Shown here: positions 33,757-46,367 of the stretch, piece by piece
Layout: every line of letters begins with the position of its first letter
Numbering within the stretch: the stretch's first letter is position 1
NCBI RefSeq assembly: GCF_006345805.1
Contig: NW_021835989.1
Location: 62,001-126,000 of the forward strand
Length of the DNA stretch: 64,000 nucleotides
Source of the DNA: Octopus sinensis
Lineage: Eukaryota
Direction of reading: 5' to 3'
Position numbers and translations under genes: made by a program
Notes under the pieces: model-generated
Database searches by the model: none
What the model saw: the letters and a program-made list of their open reading frames with translations, nothing else
Told to the model about the DNA's origin: nothing

Positions 33757-36486
33757 TTGTCTTGCGAACAGCTAGGACGTGAAATAACTAACATTGTCTA
33801 CTTAAGTAAAAGAATTCTTACCAAGATGGACGACACTTTGTGGAGTGAGTCGAGTGTATCCCAAAGGAAGGCTGCCCTCCTTGCTGTTAAAAAAGCGCGT
33901 GATGCACACCTTGGTACAACAAAAGCTACGTGTCGGCAAGTATGGTCCAAGTGCCATTCAAGTTAATGTGAAGGAATTGATCAAACTTCAGAAAGAATCC
34001 CTAATGAATACTTTAAAGTCTTCAAAGACTCTCTTTTGCTGCCTGGAAAAACCACACAGTGACTATTATTGTCGTCAACGTGGCAGAATAACTCTCCCAA
34101 CCAGAAGAATTATTCTCATATTGGCGGGATAGGACTTTTTAATAGTCAACAGAAACAGTGTAATCACGGTAAAAGACGAGAGTCACGGAGTGCGGGAGTA
34201 TGCTTTACCATGATTAGGGTTAGGGCAGTCTTCCACTACTGTGGAGTTAATCTGCCTCCCTCTGACAAGATGTGGGTCGTCGACAGGGGGCGGATGGTCG
34301 AGGTGGACAACGAGCTGATGGTGGAACACCTCAAGGCCCCGTCCATTTTCATATTCGACACATCATCTGCAGCCACCATCGTCAGTCGTTTCCAGGTTAG
34401 TCCTCCTGGCCCATTCAGAACTCATTCCCCGATAAGGAGTTTATTCATTTCGCTGCTTGCTCACACGGCGAGTCACTTCCTCGCGCTGAGGGACTCCCCG
34501 CCGACTTGTTCACGTGCTGTCTTTTATCGCCAGTGCTGCTGTCCCTCAATTTGTACGACCTCGCTTCCCATTATTAGTCAAATGTGGAGCAGGCACGCGT
34601 CCCACGGGGAGTTCCTGCCAGTCAAGTATTGCATTCACTTCACTCTCATAGACTGGCCGGCAGCCCGAAAGACCGGAAGACTCTGCACGGACAACTGCAG
34701 TGGATTCTCACGGCCATTCAAGACTGCATTGCATTCGACCTTCTTCCTCCAGGTTGCCGTGGGGATTCAATTCAGCCCAGTTCATTAAATTGTTCAGAGG
34801 GGATATTCTCTCCTCCTGTCTATTCAGGAATTATATGCTGGCCATTCACATTCTGGGCTGTTTGGATGCCCACCCTGTCTCAATCCCCTCACTCCCCTAC
34901 ACCAAAACTCACAACCTGTGGAATCTCTGGCACTCTGTCCTCGACGAAGCACTCTCTTTCCTGAAAGAGGGAGAAAGTTCCGAAGGGATAACCATTGGGA
35001 ATGATTTTTTTGATAAAGTGATCACGTCGTTCCAGGCTTGCACTCAACTTCACCGAAACAACGGACAACTGTTGCCGGCAATGCTCCAGGTTTGCACATT
35101 TCTGACATTGCGGGCTATTTTGGTTCAAACCAACCGCACTCGGGCTATCTGTGCTCTTGCAGACTACGTCGAGACAATGGGCGAGGAGCAAGTTCATAAG
35201 GTTGTTATTTTCCCTACTTGTGAGGTGGTGGCCGTGAGGTTTTCCAGTTATCTCATGGCAGAGAATGAGCTGCAGAGAAAACTATTTTATATTTGGGGAA
35301 AACTGCTCAGAGCGGATAATGCACTCTCTCACTTATTATTTCCTTTAGAAAACGCGGCAGGCCTGCATGAATGACGATTTCTACAAGCTTTTTATTTACA
35401 ATTTGCGTGGTTCCTCCTCCCCGAAAATCAGGGCATATTCGGCCTATTTCCTGGCTATTTTGGCAAGTGCCATGTCCTCCAATCAGGTTAGCCCCTCCTC
35501 GTGACTGTAGTATTTCATTAATGCCAGGGATGTAATCGACCTGTGCCTCGACTATTTACGATCCGCCGATCGCCAATATGTGTTGGTCTACCTCTTCTTG
35601 CTCGCCAAAGTGTTTACTGTCAAACTCACTTTAGATATGCCAGAAAAACAAATACCGTCAATCAGTCGCCCTCAAATTGGATTCGATCTACCAACTTTGT
35701 CAGCTCGTGAAGGATTCCTGTTTTCTTGTCTCCCTCTATGAAAACTCGATGACCAACCCGGAGGTACGCTTAATGCTTATTAAGTCCGTCAAAACCGAAT
35801 TCAATCGTGTCACTCAAAAATTGGACTTGTTCGATAAACTTATTGACGAGTTTGCCCGCCCCAGCTTCAACACCGCGTCCTTAATCAACCAATGTCGTTT
35901 GTGCAATAAAGATAAAGAACACCAAATCAGATCTTTCTTGTCGTTTAAATTCCAGAATTGTATTTTTGACGGTATTACTGAGGTTTCTGATGGGCAGATC
36001 ATTCCTCTTTCAAGAAAACTAAATCGTTGACGCTGTCCGTGACAAAGGAGTGTCGTATATTGTTAAAATACAACAAATTCACGTCAAAACTATTCATAGA
36101 GCACGATGGGACTAAAATTAGGTATACCTCACTTGTTCTTTGGGGTAGTGTGATGGACAGGAAGGGAGCACTGAACCACATAATATCCTCGGAATCAGAC
36201 ATTTCTTGTTTGGAAATTATAAACGAGCACGACAATGCCCACTTGCTGACAATATCTCGTCAGTGCATTGCATTAATGTAGTCAGATAACCACATTGTTT
36301 GTGTATATCGCGGCAACCACACTTATGAGCGCGTCCGGTCATGGATGGCTGCCTCGAGTTGTACTTGTTTGTTTGTAGGCGAGGATATGAATGTTCTTTC
36401 ATCCTGGAGTCAGTCGTGTGGTTTACTGGCCATCTCTCATAAACAAAGCATTTCAATGTGGAATCTGGAGACTGAACTTTTTCCCG
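33757..36486 (+). pseudogene. RPTOR: Raptor, 3'-truncated within the WD40 region (start position uncertain)
   Basis: RAVFHYCG, PSIFIFDTSSA, FAACS..LPADLFTCCL, GQLQWILTAIQDCIA, LFRGDILSSCLFRNYMLA; ends at MWNLETE, abutting a TDRD12 fragment. Confidence 0.85.
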
Positions 36487-37320
36487 AGAGTCCGAGTTGT
36501 GTATGACAACATGAGACGAGACAGTCTACGCCATAACTTGCCCAAACTACCACCGACAATCCCAGCCGAGCTCTGATAAATCCAAACCGAGTCTCAAAGT
36601 GGGCACAGTCAGTAAAACCGTAATGCACAATATCAGTAGCACTGATTTGCCCGACTAAGCCATATGCAGTGACATCGTCCATTACTGACTATATATTACA
36701 GACAAGGACACTCAGTATGGTGGGAGAGGCTGGGTTGTAATTTCCAACTGTCTCAATTCCTTGAAAAATTACCCCCAACTCTGGAATCGTGACAAATTTA
36801 AGATCTTCGAAGACTTTATCCACAAATACGAGGACAAGAGGAGTTCTGTGGTGGGAGAGTAACTGGAGAGTACGGTAAAGGCAACTCAATTGGGAAAATC
36901 TGTCATCCTGGGTCATTTGGACAGTCTACCGTGGGGTGACTGACAGTACATGAATCAAGGACTTCATCACGTAGTACTCCACCGCGGAATCGACTACAAC
37001 TCGGGGAGAAGGGAGACCAAAGTCTTTCAATTGGGATATATGGAAGTTCCAGAGAGAGGAGAACAGTATTTTTTGAACTAAAGAGTCTCCGATCAAATGA
37101 ATAAGCATGGCCATGTCGTCAGTCCATGTGGACAACAGGAGATCGGCCTCCTCCACAAACAAGTAAGCAAGGTGGGCCAAATTGGTTGATTTGTCTTTCA
37201 GTCGGCGAAATAAGGAGAGGACTGTACAAATCAGAATATCTCATTCTTGGAGGACTTCCAGCTGGCATAATTAATTAAAACTGGACTTGGCTCTCCATGT
37301 CGCTCATTCCTTCAGTTAGA
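36487..37320 (-). pseudogene. TDRD12: TDRD12-like helicase, copy B (retains ~340 bp deleted in copies A and C)
   Basis: Degenerate EEAD motif II, then PRVVVDSAVEYY...ATDIVHYGFTDCAHFETRF, consistent with the TDRD12 helicase region. Confidence 0.8.
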
Positions 37321-38200
37321 GATATTAACTTTTTTGATTACATTTTAACTTTTTTGATTACATTTTTTCCATATCTTTTATATCATAATTATGTAATTTT
37401 TGATTAATCACTATATATATTTGTCTGTATTTCATCATACAAAGGATACTTTCTGTTTGAAACATTTCCATCATAATCATGTCTAATAATCAGTTTATTC
37501 CCACTTTTACATTTTCCTCATCATATCGCCATTTTCTTTTTTTTATAATGCTCAGACTTCAATAAAGCAGATACATTACCTCAATTATCTTTAATTTCAG
37601 TTCCTTATCTTAAAAAACAAATTTTTGCAATAGCTATTTTAATCGAAGTCGTTGTTTCTTGTCTAATGAATTCTCAGCTATTGATGAAATTTGGAATTTC
37701 TCAATTTTTTTCAATTTGTTCACTAGTCAATTCCAACAAACAAATCAAACATTTGTAAATAAAACATTTATGCTACAATTTATACAAAACATATCTCTAC
37801 AATGGGTTAATATTTATTTAGATAATTTATTTTGCAATTTATGCAATCTGTCCACTATTTTTAACAAAATTTTTGATTAACTAACATGAAAATTATCACA
37901 GAAAATAAAACATTTACTGAAAGCCATAAATAATATTTAGAATCATTGATTAAAAAAACTTTATCCCAACTTCCTGAGTCTTTATGGGAATATTTACTGT
38001 TGTAGCAACAAGTTCAACAGCCAACAATGGTCTTGAAGTCGCCCCCTTCCCTTCAGAAATAAAAATACATGACCCACTCCAATGAACAAGATCAGTAGAA
38101 GGGCAGGAATGTAGCGAATCCTCGTATCAAACACAAAAGCAAGTTTCAGCTGGAATGTTAAACAGCCAAAATACATCATAGTTATACACACTGTTAATCT
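37320..38200 (-). repeat. Tandem duplicate of the USP7 last exons and downstream spacer (source 39660-40488)
   Basis: Near-identical to 39660-40488; a short deletion at ~38100 disrupts the duplicated USP7 tail. Confidence 0.9.
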
Positions 38201-39660
38201 TCGGGTGGATACAGTGCTTCAATTTGGAGTACTGACGGTACAAATCCCCATTCATTTCTCTGAACAACCCCAACGAGTCGTACATAAAACAACGACGGAC
38301 TCTCAATGTGACTAATCTCCACTGAAATAGTTCCTTTGAACGACTCTCTCCCAATTTCCGATCTAGTCAATGGCAACGGGGGATAACCTGAACATGGAGT
38401 GTCCGTTGAGTCGTTCAGTGAGTGTGTGTATGTGCTATAATAAATAACCAAGCATACATGTTTATTCGGTTGTCCCATCTTCTCTACAGTGATTCACCAA
38501 GTCAAAGTGCATGACAGACACATCCAAAATTGATAGTTTACAACACTTGATGAGAGTGTTAACCCAAAATGTATTCCCTGCTCTACTGTCTACAACAAGT
38601 GGTCACCTCAACTCAATGTGGGCCACGACTTGTTCTCCTTGGATTAATTGTTCCACGTAATTGTTCACTTTGGTATTCCACTCTGAATTCATATCACACG
38701 GCACAATTCCACTTAAATACACATCCACGGCCTGACTCTACTCACTCAGACACTACCTGTGGACAAATTGAGGACAGGACGGGCGGTAGGACAAAAACGT
38801 TATCCCTCTAAGTTATGTGAGAAGACCCTTCGTCCAACAACGTAACGACCAAGTCATTGTCTCGACACTCGTCTATCACAGCACTAGGGAATATTGACAA
38901 GATTTTGCCGTTTGAATGTCTCTTTTATCAAAACAGCCACTCGATCACCCATTTGAATATGTTCTGGCCTGATTTGCTGTTTCGGATTAGAAAAGTGTTT
39001 AATAATGTCAAAGTTAAGTTGCTTTGACTGTTTCTCATGATTTTTCGTGTACGATCCGGAATCGTAAGTCAATTCAACTGGCAAAATCCAAACTGCAAAA
39101 ATATCCTACAAGGAGTTTTTCCTTCCTTTGTGAGAGCCAACTACTCAGTGCCTCAGGAATCGGCAACTGAGCACGACTCATCAAATCAACAAAAAATTGC
39201 AGAGTTCACACAAACCAGAGTCCGAGTTGTGTATGACAACATGAGACGAGACAGTCTACGCCATAACTTGCCCAAACTACCACCGACAATCCCAGCCGAG
39301 CTCTGATAAATCCAAACCAAGTCTCATAGTTGGCACAGTCAGTAAAACCGTAATGCACAATGTCTTTGAATTGAGATATATGGAAGTTCCAGCGAGAGGA
39401 GACCACTGTTTTTTGAACTAAAGAGTCTCCGATCAAATAAATAAGCATGGCCATGTCGTCAGTCTATGTGGACAACAGGAGGTCGGCCTCCTACACAACC
39501 AAGTAAGCAAGGCCGGCCAAATTGGTTGATTTGTATTTTAGTCGGCGAAATAAGGAGAGGACTGTACAAATCAGAATATCTCATTCTTGGAGGACTTCCA
39601 GCTGGCATAATTAATTAAAACTGGACTTGGCTCTCCATGTCGCTCATTCCTTCAGTTAGA
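38200..39660 (-). pseudogene. TDRD12: TDRD12-like copy C (internally deleted helicase plus Tudor regions)
   Basis: DLMSRAQLPIPEAL; QAVDVYLSGIVPCDMNSEWNTKVNNYVEQLIQGEQVVAHIELR..GNTFWVN, matching the extended-Tudor segment of TDRD12 as I recall it; VEISHIESPSLFYVRL. Confidence 0.82.
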
Positions 39661-40221
39661 GATATTAACTTTTTTGATTACATTTTAACTTTTTTGATTA
39701 CATTTTTTTATATCTTTTAAATCATAATTATGTAATTCTTGATTAATCACTATATATATATTGTCTGTATCTCATCATACAAAGGATACTTTGTGTTTGA
39801 AACATTTCCACTATCTAATAATCACTTTATTCCCATTTTTATATTTTCTTCATCATATCGCCATTTTCTTTTTTTATTGTGCTCAGGCTTCAATAAAGCA
39901 GATACACTACCTCAATTATCTTTAATTTCAGTTTCTTATCTTAAAAAACAAATTTTTTAATCGAAATCGTTGTTCTTGTCTAATGAATTCTCAGCTATTA
40001 ATGAAATTTGGAATTTCTCAACATAATTAAAAATACAAGATTATGCTACAATTGATACAAAAACATCTCTACAATGGGTTAATATTTATTTATATAATTT
40101 ATTTGCAATTTATACAATCTGTCCACCATTTTTAACAAAATTTTTGATTAACTAACATGAAAATTATCACAGAAAATAAAAAAATTTACTAAAAGCCATA
40201 AATAATATTTAAAATTATTGA

Positions 40222-43200
40222 TTAAAAAAACTTTATGCCAACTTCCTGAGTCTTTATGGGGATATTTACTGTTGTAGCAACAAGTTCAACAGCCAACAAC
40301 GGTCTCGAAGTCGCCCCCTTCCCTTCAGAAATAAAAATACATGACCCACTCCAATGAACAAGATCAGTAGAAGGGTTAAACTTGGACTCTGCAGGAATGT
40401 AGCGAATCCTCGTATCAAACACAAAAGCAAGTTTCAGCTGGAATGTTAAACAGCCAAAATACATCATAGTTATACACACTGTTAATCTCAGGCATCAACT
40501 GCCACATCCTCCTCTTGATATCATGGGTAGTATCGTCCTTGCCATTGCCACTACAATCATACCTTCGACAGTTTGAACAGGAAGGGCCGTCCAAAGAAGT
40601 AATATTCCAACCGTTTCTATACTAAAAGAACACACAAAACCACGACCGTCTTCACCATCTCCAATTGGATCCGAGTAGAAGACACGTTGAGTCCGATCTG
40701 GGAATCCTTGACTATTAATTTCCTCACATTAAACCTTGCAAATAAACATTGCTGAAAGAAGAACGTTCTTATCGTCATCCAAATGGTCGGAAACGGATAT
40801 CTCATCGCAGTAATAACAGTCTTCCGTGGGCGGGAACTGTTTGACTTGATCAGACAGTTTGACTGGAACACAGAAAAACCCTTTCATCGAATAAAATCTA
40901 AACAAATCTACAAATAAAACAAAACCTCAATTTGTTGATATCAACGTTCCTCAATTCTAAAAAGGAATTGACGATTTCAAGTAAAACATCTTTGAGGGAA
41001 GCCTCATATGAACAAATTCTTCGAATGTTTAAAGTGCGGGACTCATTTCTCCACATTATACAAATGGCCACTGTATTCTTGACTTGATCGGTGAGAACAA
41101 GTCGATATGCGAAACACAATTCATTCCTCATTCCCTCTGGCAATCCAAACATGCTTCCAACACGCTCATTCGACGTCACAATGTTATTTCTGTAGTACAA
41201 CTGAACATCGTTGATTTGAACTCCCAACGCTGAACTCAGCTTGCTAATAATTAGAGAAAACGAGTCGTTTCTGGTTATTGACTCCTTAAAGACTCTTCCA
41301 GTGGAATCATCTTCAAAATTAACCATCCGGACCTTAATTATTAGCAAATTAAGGCCAACATCGACTCCCAAGGAATATTCATAGTAATACTCCTTTAAGG
41401 ACACTGACTTGTTTTTCAGGATTACGACTTGACCATTGCGAAGTGAAACCAAAGACGAATCCATATTTGTAGTACAATTGAGGACAGTTACAACTTCATC
41501 GGGAGTAATCAGCTCCAAATCCGAAGAAGGTATGGAAGGACAAATCAAACGACCCAGTGTGTTGACCAACTGACCTGACAATCCTTCAAAACAAACAAAT
41601 ACCAAAGGAATCCGTCACTGGAAATACGTAGAATCCCTCATATCGAATAGATGGGACACTCTGGTCAAAAAATTTAACGAAAATAGCTCGATCGTCTCTA
41701 ATAGTATACCAGCGAGTACCATTCTGTGTAAAAGGAACAAATTTCTCAGGAGAATAAGTCATCTCCGCAAAATAGCAAAGACCGATTTCCCCCACGGTAG
41801 AATTATGGGAGAAGTGAGTCAAATTGAATTCATCCTTGAATGGAAACTCGTTCAATGTGGGCCACAAACGAATACAATCAGGAGACCGATTCTGAAATAA
41901 CCAAAATTGAAATACCAGATACTCAGCCACATAAATAGTAAAGTCCATAAAACTGCAGTCACTGAGAATTTCCAAATTCCTGTTTTTCAATAAAAAAAGA
42001 AATTACACTCCGTGGAGGGGAGTATCGACAAGTCGGGGACCGAGGACTCCACGGAATGACTCCTCCGTTATTACTCTCACCGGGATGGTCACCGGCGGAC
42101 AGACAGACCTGGAATATTATTAGCTCAATATACAGTTCCTTTTCGATTAGGGAAAGTGACTGTGGATTGAGACAGGTCTTATCGACAGGGCAAAGTACGT
42201 GGTCTAATATATACCACAAAACAAACCAATTTGATCCAATCGAACATAAACTAACATGTATGCAGTCGAATTCCACCTGGAAGGAGTCTTTACTCCAAAA
42301 TTAGCATCAATTGCGTCACTTTCATCACACGAACAAACTGTGTCGTCGTCAAATTTGAGCCACTGGAATGAATCAGGACAAATACTACCGAATGGTCACA
42401 CTGAGGACTGACATATGCTATGTAATGACCAAAGTTCGGGTCTCCGATATGAACAACGACTGTTTGCAGAACATAAATGGCAGGAGATTCCCCCGGAGAC
42501 TGTAAATAAGTATCCAGATTGATAGTTCTATAAAACTTAAAGCTATACATATATATGTAAGCAGTACATATCATGTATTTTGACATTAGTGCACTTGTAT
42601 GGGTCGAATGCCACTCTAAGCAAATGAATGTGCAGAACAGGCGGGAATGACTGGAAGACCACTCCCTTTTCTGCATCCTGAAGTCCCATTTCGCCAGCAT
42701 TGTATTTATTCTCACCACACAAACTGGTTGTGGATACATACTCGTCAAATGAGGCATATACTGAAGAGTCACTCACATAACTAACTGTCCTCAAATCCTC
42801 TCACTGTAAGCTGCACATCGTAATAGCTCTCTGTCCTCGATGACTCATAATCCACGTTTATACACTTTATATAAGACTACGACATTAGGAATTATCATAA
42901 CAGTCATTTTTCCTTCAAATAATCTTGTCACATGATTCTCCATCTCCGTCTCCTTCATTTTATTTTCAATATTGTCTAGTAACACTCTGCAGAACTCCTG
43001 GGAGTCGTGCTGGACTGTGGCATCCAAGGCATTCCACCCGAAGGACTCGGTCAAGTTTGTAGTGCTCACTGGCACAGAGGAATGTTGCAAAAGATAAAAC
43101 AGACGCTGAACTGCCAGAGGAATTCGACTCGAAGACAAAGACGGATTGCAAGGGATAGAATAAACAGCCTATTTTGTTGTCGACTGGAAATACCTTTCTA

Positions 43201-43836
43201 AACGAGTTTGTGAAGTAAAGGGACTGGATTACTGAGTTTATATAACATGTGGATCCTTCGTTTATCATTCCTGTGTATCCTGTCTCAGTTTTGGAGACAT
43301 ATCTCACAAATCAAAGGAATATTCTACCTGGTATAATTATAAGGGACATCTGCTTTGATATCCAGTCTAATTGTGAGACATTTGTTCGATAGATCCTGAA
43401 ATGTTGAGAAATACTCACTTTGAATCGAATTGGCTGTGTACGAGTCCATTCTCGAAACGAGGGCCCAAAAACATTGTCAAATTCTATAATTTGGCCAATC
43501 AAGGTCATACCCATAGGCTTATGTGTGTTTTTGTAGTTTAAGATAGTCAATTCCCCCTGTGCACGACACGACCAGCAGCTGCAAATAGATATGGCATATT
43601 TTACTGTGGATAGTCTTTATCTACGTCACAAAGCACATAGAATGTGACATATTTCACGTCTGAGACTGTTTTTACTGAAATAGCCAGGGACCTATTTTGA
43701 GTGGAAATACTTACCAGCTGACACAGTATATTGTTAGACATGTTCGGTTCTTTACTTTGGATTTGATGGTGTCAATATTTTCGAAATCGCAAATAAGGGA
43801 TTTTGTGTTTATACTTTCGGATTGAGAAATTGACAT
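40222..43836 (-). CDS. USP7: Ubiquitin-specific protease 7 (MATH, catalytic, UBL domains), multi-exon
   Basis: MATH WSCRAQ; NEGSTCYINSVIQ; QHDSQEFCRVLLD; GHY; NSTAYMLVY; FGRPFLFK; C-terminal RPLL..VGIKFF resembling the USP7 tail. The introns I checked are canonical. Confidence 0.93.
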
Positions 43837-44049
43837 TTACAACAGAAATACTAAAATATTTATTGTTTATTTTTATTTAATAATATTTAAAACATAGTTA
43901 TTTTTAAATGTTTTTAGTCAAAAATAAAAATAAACAATTAAAAATGAAATGAAATAACGTCTAGAAAATAAAAAATACAATTTACAAGTGGATGAATGAG
44001 CTCTTTGATTATACAAAAATACGACCTTTCAAATGTTTTTATGCACTAT

Positions 44050-44600
44050 TTTTTATCATCCGAAACCATCAATTTGGATAAACTTTTTTTAGGAATTGCA
44101 ATTCCGTGTACCAATTTAAGAGTCAATAAATATTAGGAAATTAGGAATCGCCATTTGGATAAACTCCTTGTGATTGATTAAATTGTACAACTATCCCCTG
44201 TTCGGCTTTCCATAAATTTGAGTAATTTTAAATTATTTACATAAACCAGAAATGTGAATTCAATCTGAAACCTCTCACTCAGTACATCCGCAAAAATATG
44301 ACCTACGTTGTCATATTTTGCAATTGTCAGCATTTCCTGTGTGTTGTTTGAGGAAATAACAAGCTTTTAATCAGATAAAAATCTTGAAGATTGAGCTTTC
44401 GCTCTATTAATACGAATTTTTTGGCTTTCTTTTTTAGTTTATACTTCCGACAAGCTGATATATTCAGTTCTTGCCTTTCGAGAATGGATTTTATTATGTT
44501 GTACTCTTGAGTAGTTTTTATGATAACTTTGTTAGGCATCAGAACAACGTGTTTAGTGAGAAAGTTTATTGCTTTTATAGTCAAAAATTATGGTATGCCA
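44050..44600 (-). pseudogene. Decayed Ginger-like integrase
   Basis: KYKLKKKAKKFVL, a CxxC remnant (NCKI*QRR), ERFQI; many stops. Confidence 0.45.
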
Positions 44601-44685
44601 GCAAAAATTAGTGTAAATCTTTTATAAAATACTTTTACTAATAATAATAATTCGTAGGATTAATCTCTATTAATGGACTCGTGGA

Positions 44686-44790
44686 AAGATCACCGTGCCA
44701 AGATGAGGTCCCTGGTCGAGTGCATCGGGATCACGTGACTTTTGTTTGACTCTTATCGTGGTCTTGGTTGTTAAATAAATAAAAATCTCT
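44686..44790 (+). mobile_element. LINE 3' tail, same family as 18225-18325
   Basis: GATGAGGTCCCTGGTCGAGTGCATCGGGATCACGTGAC...GGTCTTGGTTGTTAAATAAATAAAA. Confidence 0.8.
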
Positions 44791-46150
44791 AGCTTGTAGG
44801 TGCCTGGCTGTCCTCAGAGCGCTTCCATAAGTCCATAATCCCCACCAAACTAACTATTAGGAGCAATAGGTATAGATGGTCCGGAGAGGAGACCAATAGC
44901 CGGATTCATCAATTATGAGGAAATGTCCAGAACGAAGTTGTGCCAGAGATGTTCTCGTTTTGCGAAGACTCCGAGTCGTCCTCCAGAGGAGGAGAGTCTT
45001 CTAGCAGTTTGTTCCAGGCAAGTTTTCGAATAGCCTTGGTGGAGACATGGTCGTGCTTTGTCCTCGATTGACAGTTCACGGGTTAGAATGGTGGGTACTA
45101 CGGCTGTTTAGGGTGAGGAAATGACATGGGTGGTCTGGCCGCACTGACGAATTGCAGGTTACGCATGCAAAGGTGATCTTCCACAGGGAGAATGGTGGTT
45201 TCTCAGTGGAGATGGTCGGTCCTGACATATTGTTTATAGATTATTCTTAGCGTTTCTTTGTCTTGACCGAAGGAGGATCCGGCGGAGGGCATTCCTCTTT
45301 TTCTTTACTTTTTTGATTATGTGGTCAACATGAGAGGAGAAGGTAAGACATTGGTCGTAGATCACTCCCAAGATTTTCAACTCTGGATGCTGGTCTAGTT
45401 GGCGACGGTCACTAGTGAACAACGTAACACTGGACTTGGAGGGAGAGGGTGAGAGGTGGTTTGTAGGCGTGTGGAAGCAGTTTTAAATGTTCTTGTCCCG
45501 ACCCGCAAAGACCAAATCATCAGCATAAGACATGATCAAAATGTCTTCCAGTTTAGGTAAACTGCTCAGATAGAGGTTAACCAAACCGGGAGAGGGCCGA
45601 TCCTTGCGGGACTCCATTCGGTAAGTATCGCACGTGCGACGTCCTCGATATGAACAAAGTGCGACCCATTCTGCCTGATATGAACGACTTGAGCCATTTT
45701 TGAATCATTGGAGGAATTCTCGTCGTTGTAATCTTGTTTGAAAGAACATGACAAAAAGTCTTGTCGAAGGCTTTTGAGATGTAGATCGAAGCCAGAATTG
45801 TGCGAAGTGGTGGTTTCTTGTTGTTAAAACCATCCGCAATGAAGTCCGTTCGGCCCAAGATTTTTTAGATGATGAATGCATATTCCGTCAGGGCCTTTCG
45901 CCGGCGAATTCCTGGCATTCAAGATTATGTCCAACCAGTCTATCAGGAGAGACGTTTGGTGACGGAAGAGATTCAATATGCGTACACGATTTGATCTGCC
46001 CATGTTGGTCTGACAGTTAGAGCTGTAGTGAGACATGATGTCATCCGCTTGTTCTCGAAATGACTTCGAGCGGAGGCGTTTATTTATCCCAGATTCGCGA
46101 GTGGAAGAGTGTAAAAGGTCTGTCAGGAAGAAATAAATGCGTTCCAAAAT
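44791..46150 (-). mobile_element. Decayed LINE RT and C-terminal region
   Basis: AKGPDGI, ISKAFD, NGVPQGSALS, SYADD, TSLAQLRSGH. Confidence 0.85.
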
Positions 46151-46367
46151 TCAGTTGCTCCTTTGTGCAAAGAGGTTTTGCCCCACGGATGAATCCTTTG
46201 GGAATGTATTTTCGGTCTGCAGCGTTTTAAAATTTAGGACTGAGAAGTTTGAGAAATACTGATCAGTTTCTTGTTGGAATTTCGTCTTGACTAAAATATT
46301 GTTCTCTAATTTTTTTAATTTGGAATTATTTTATTATTAAAAATAATTAATAAACTAATTCAAAAAC

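Noticed and set aside
40222-40490. USP7::TDRD12 fusion
   Set aside because: The segment aligns with the normal USP7 C-terminus; it is the copy at 37960-38200 that is the duplicate.
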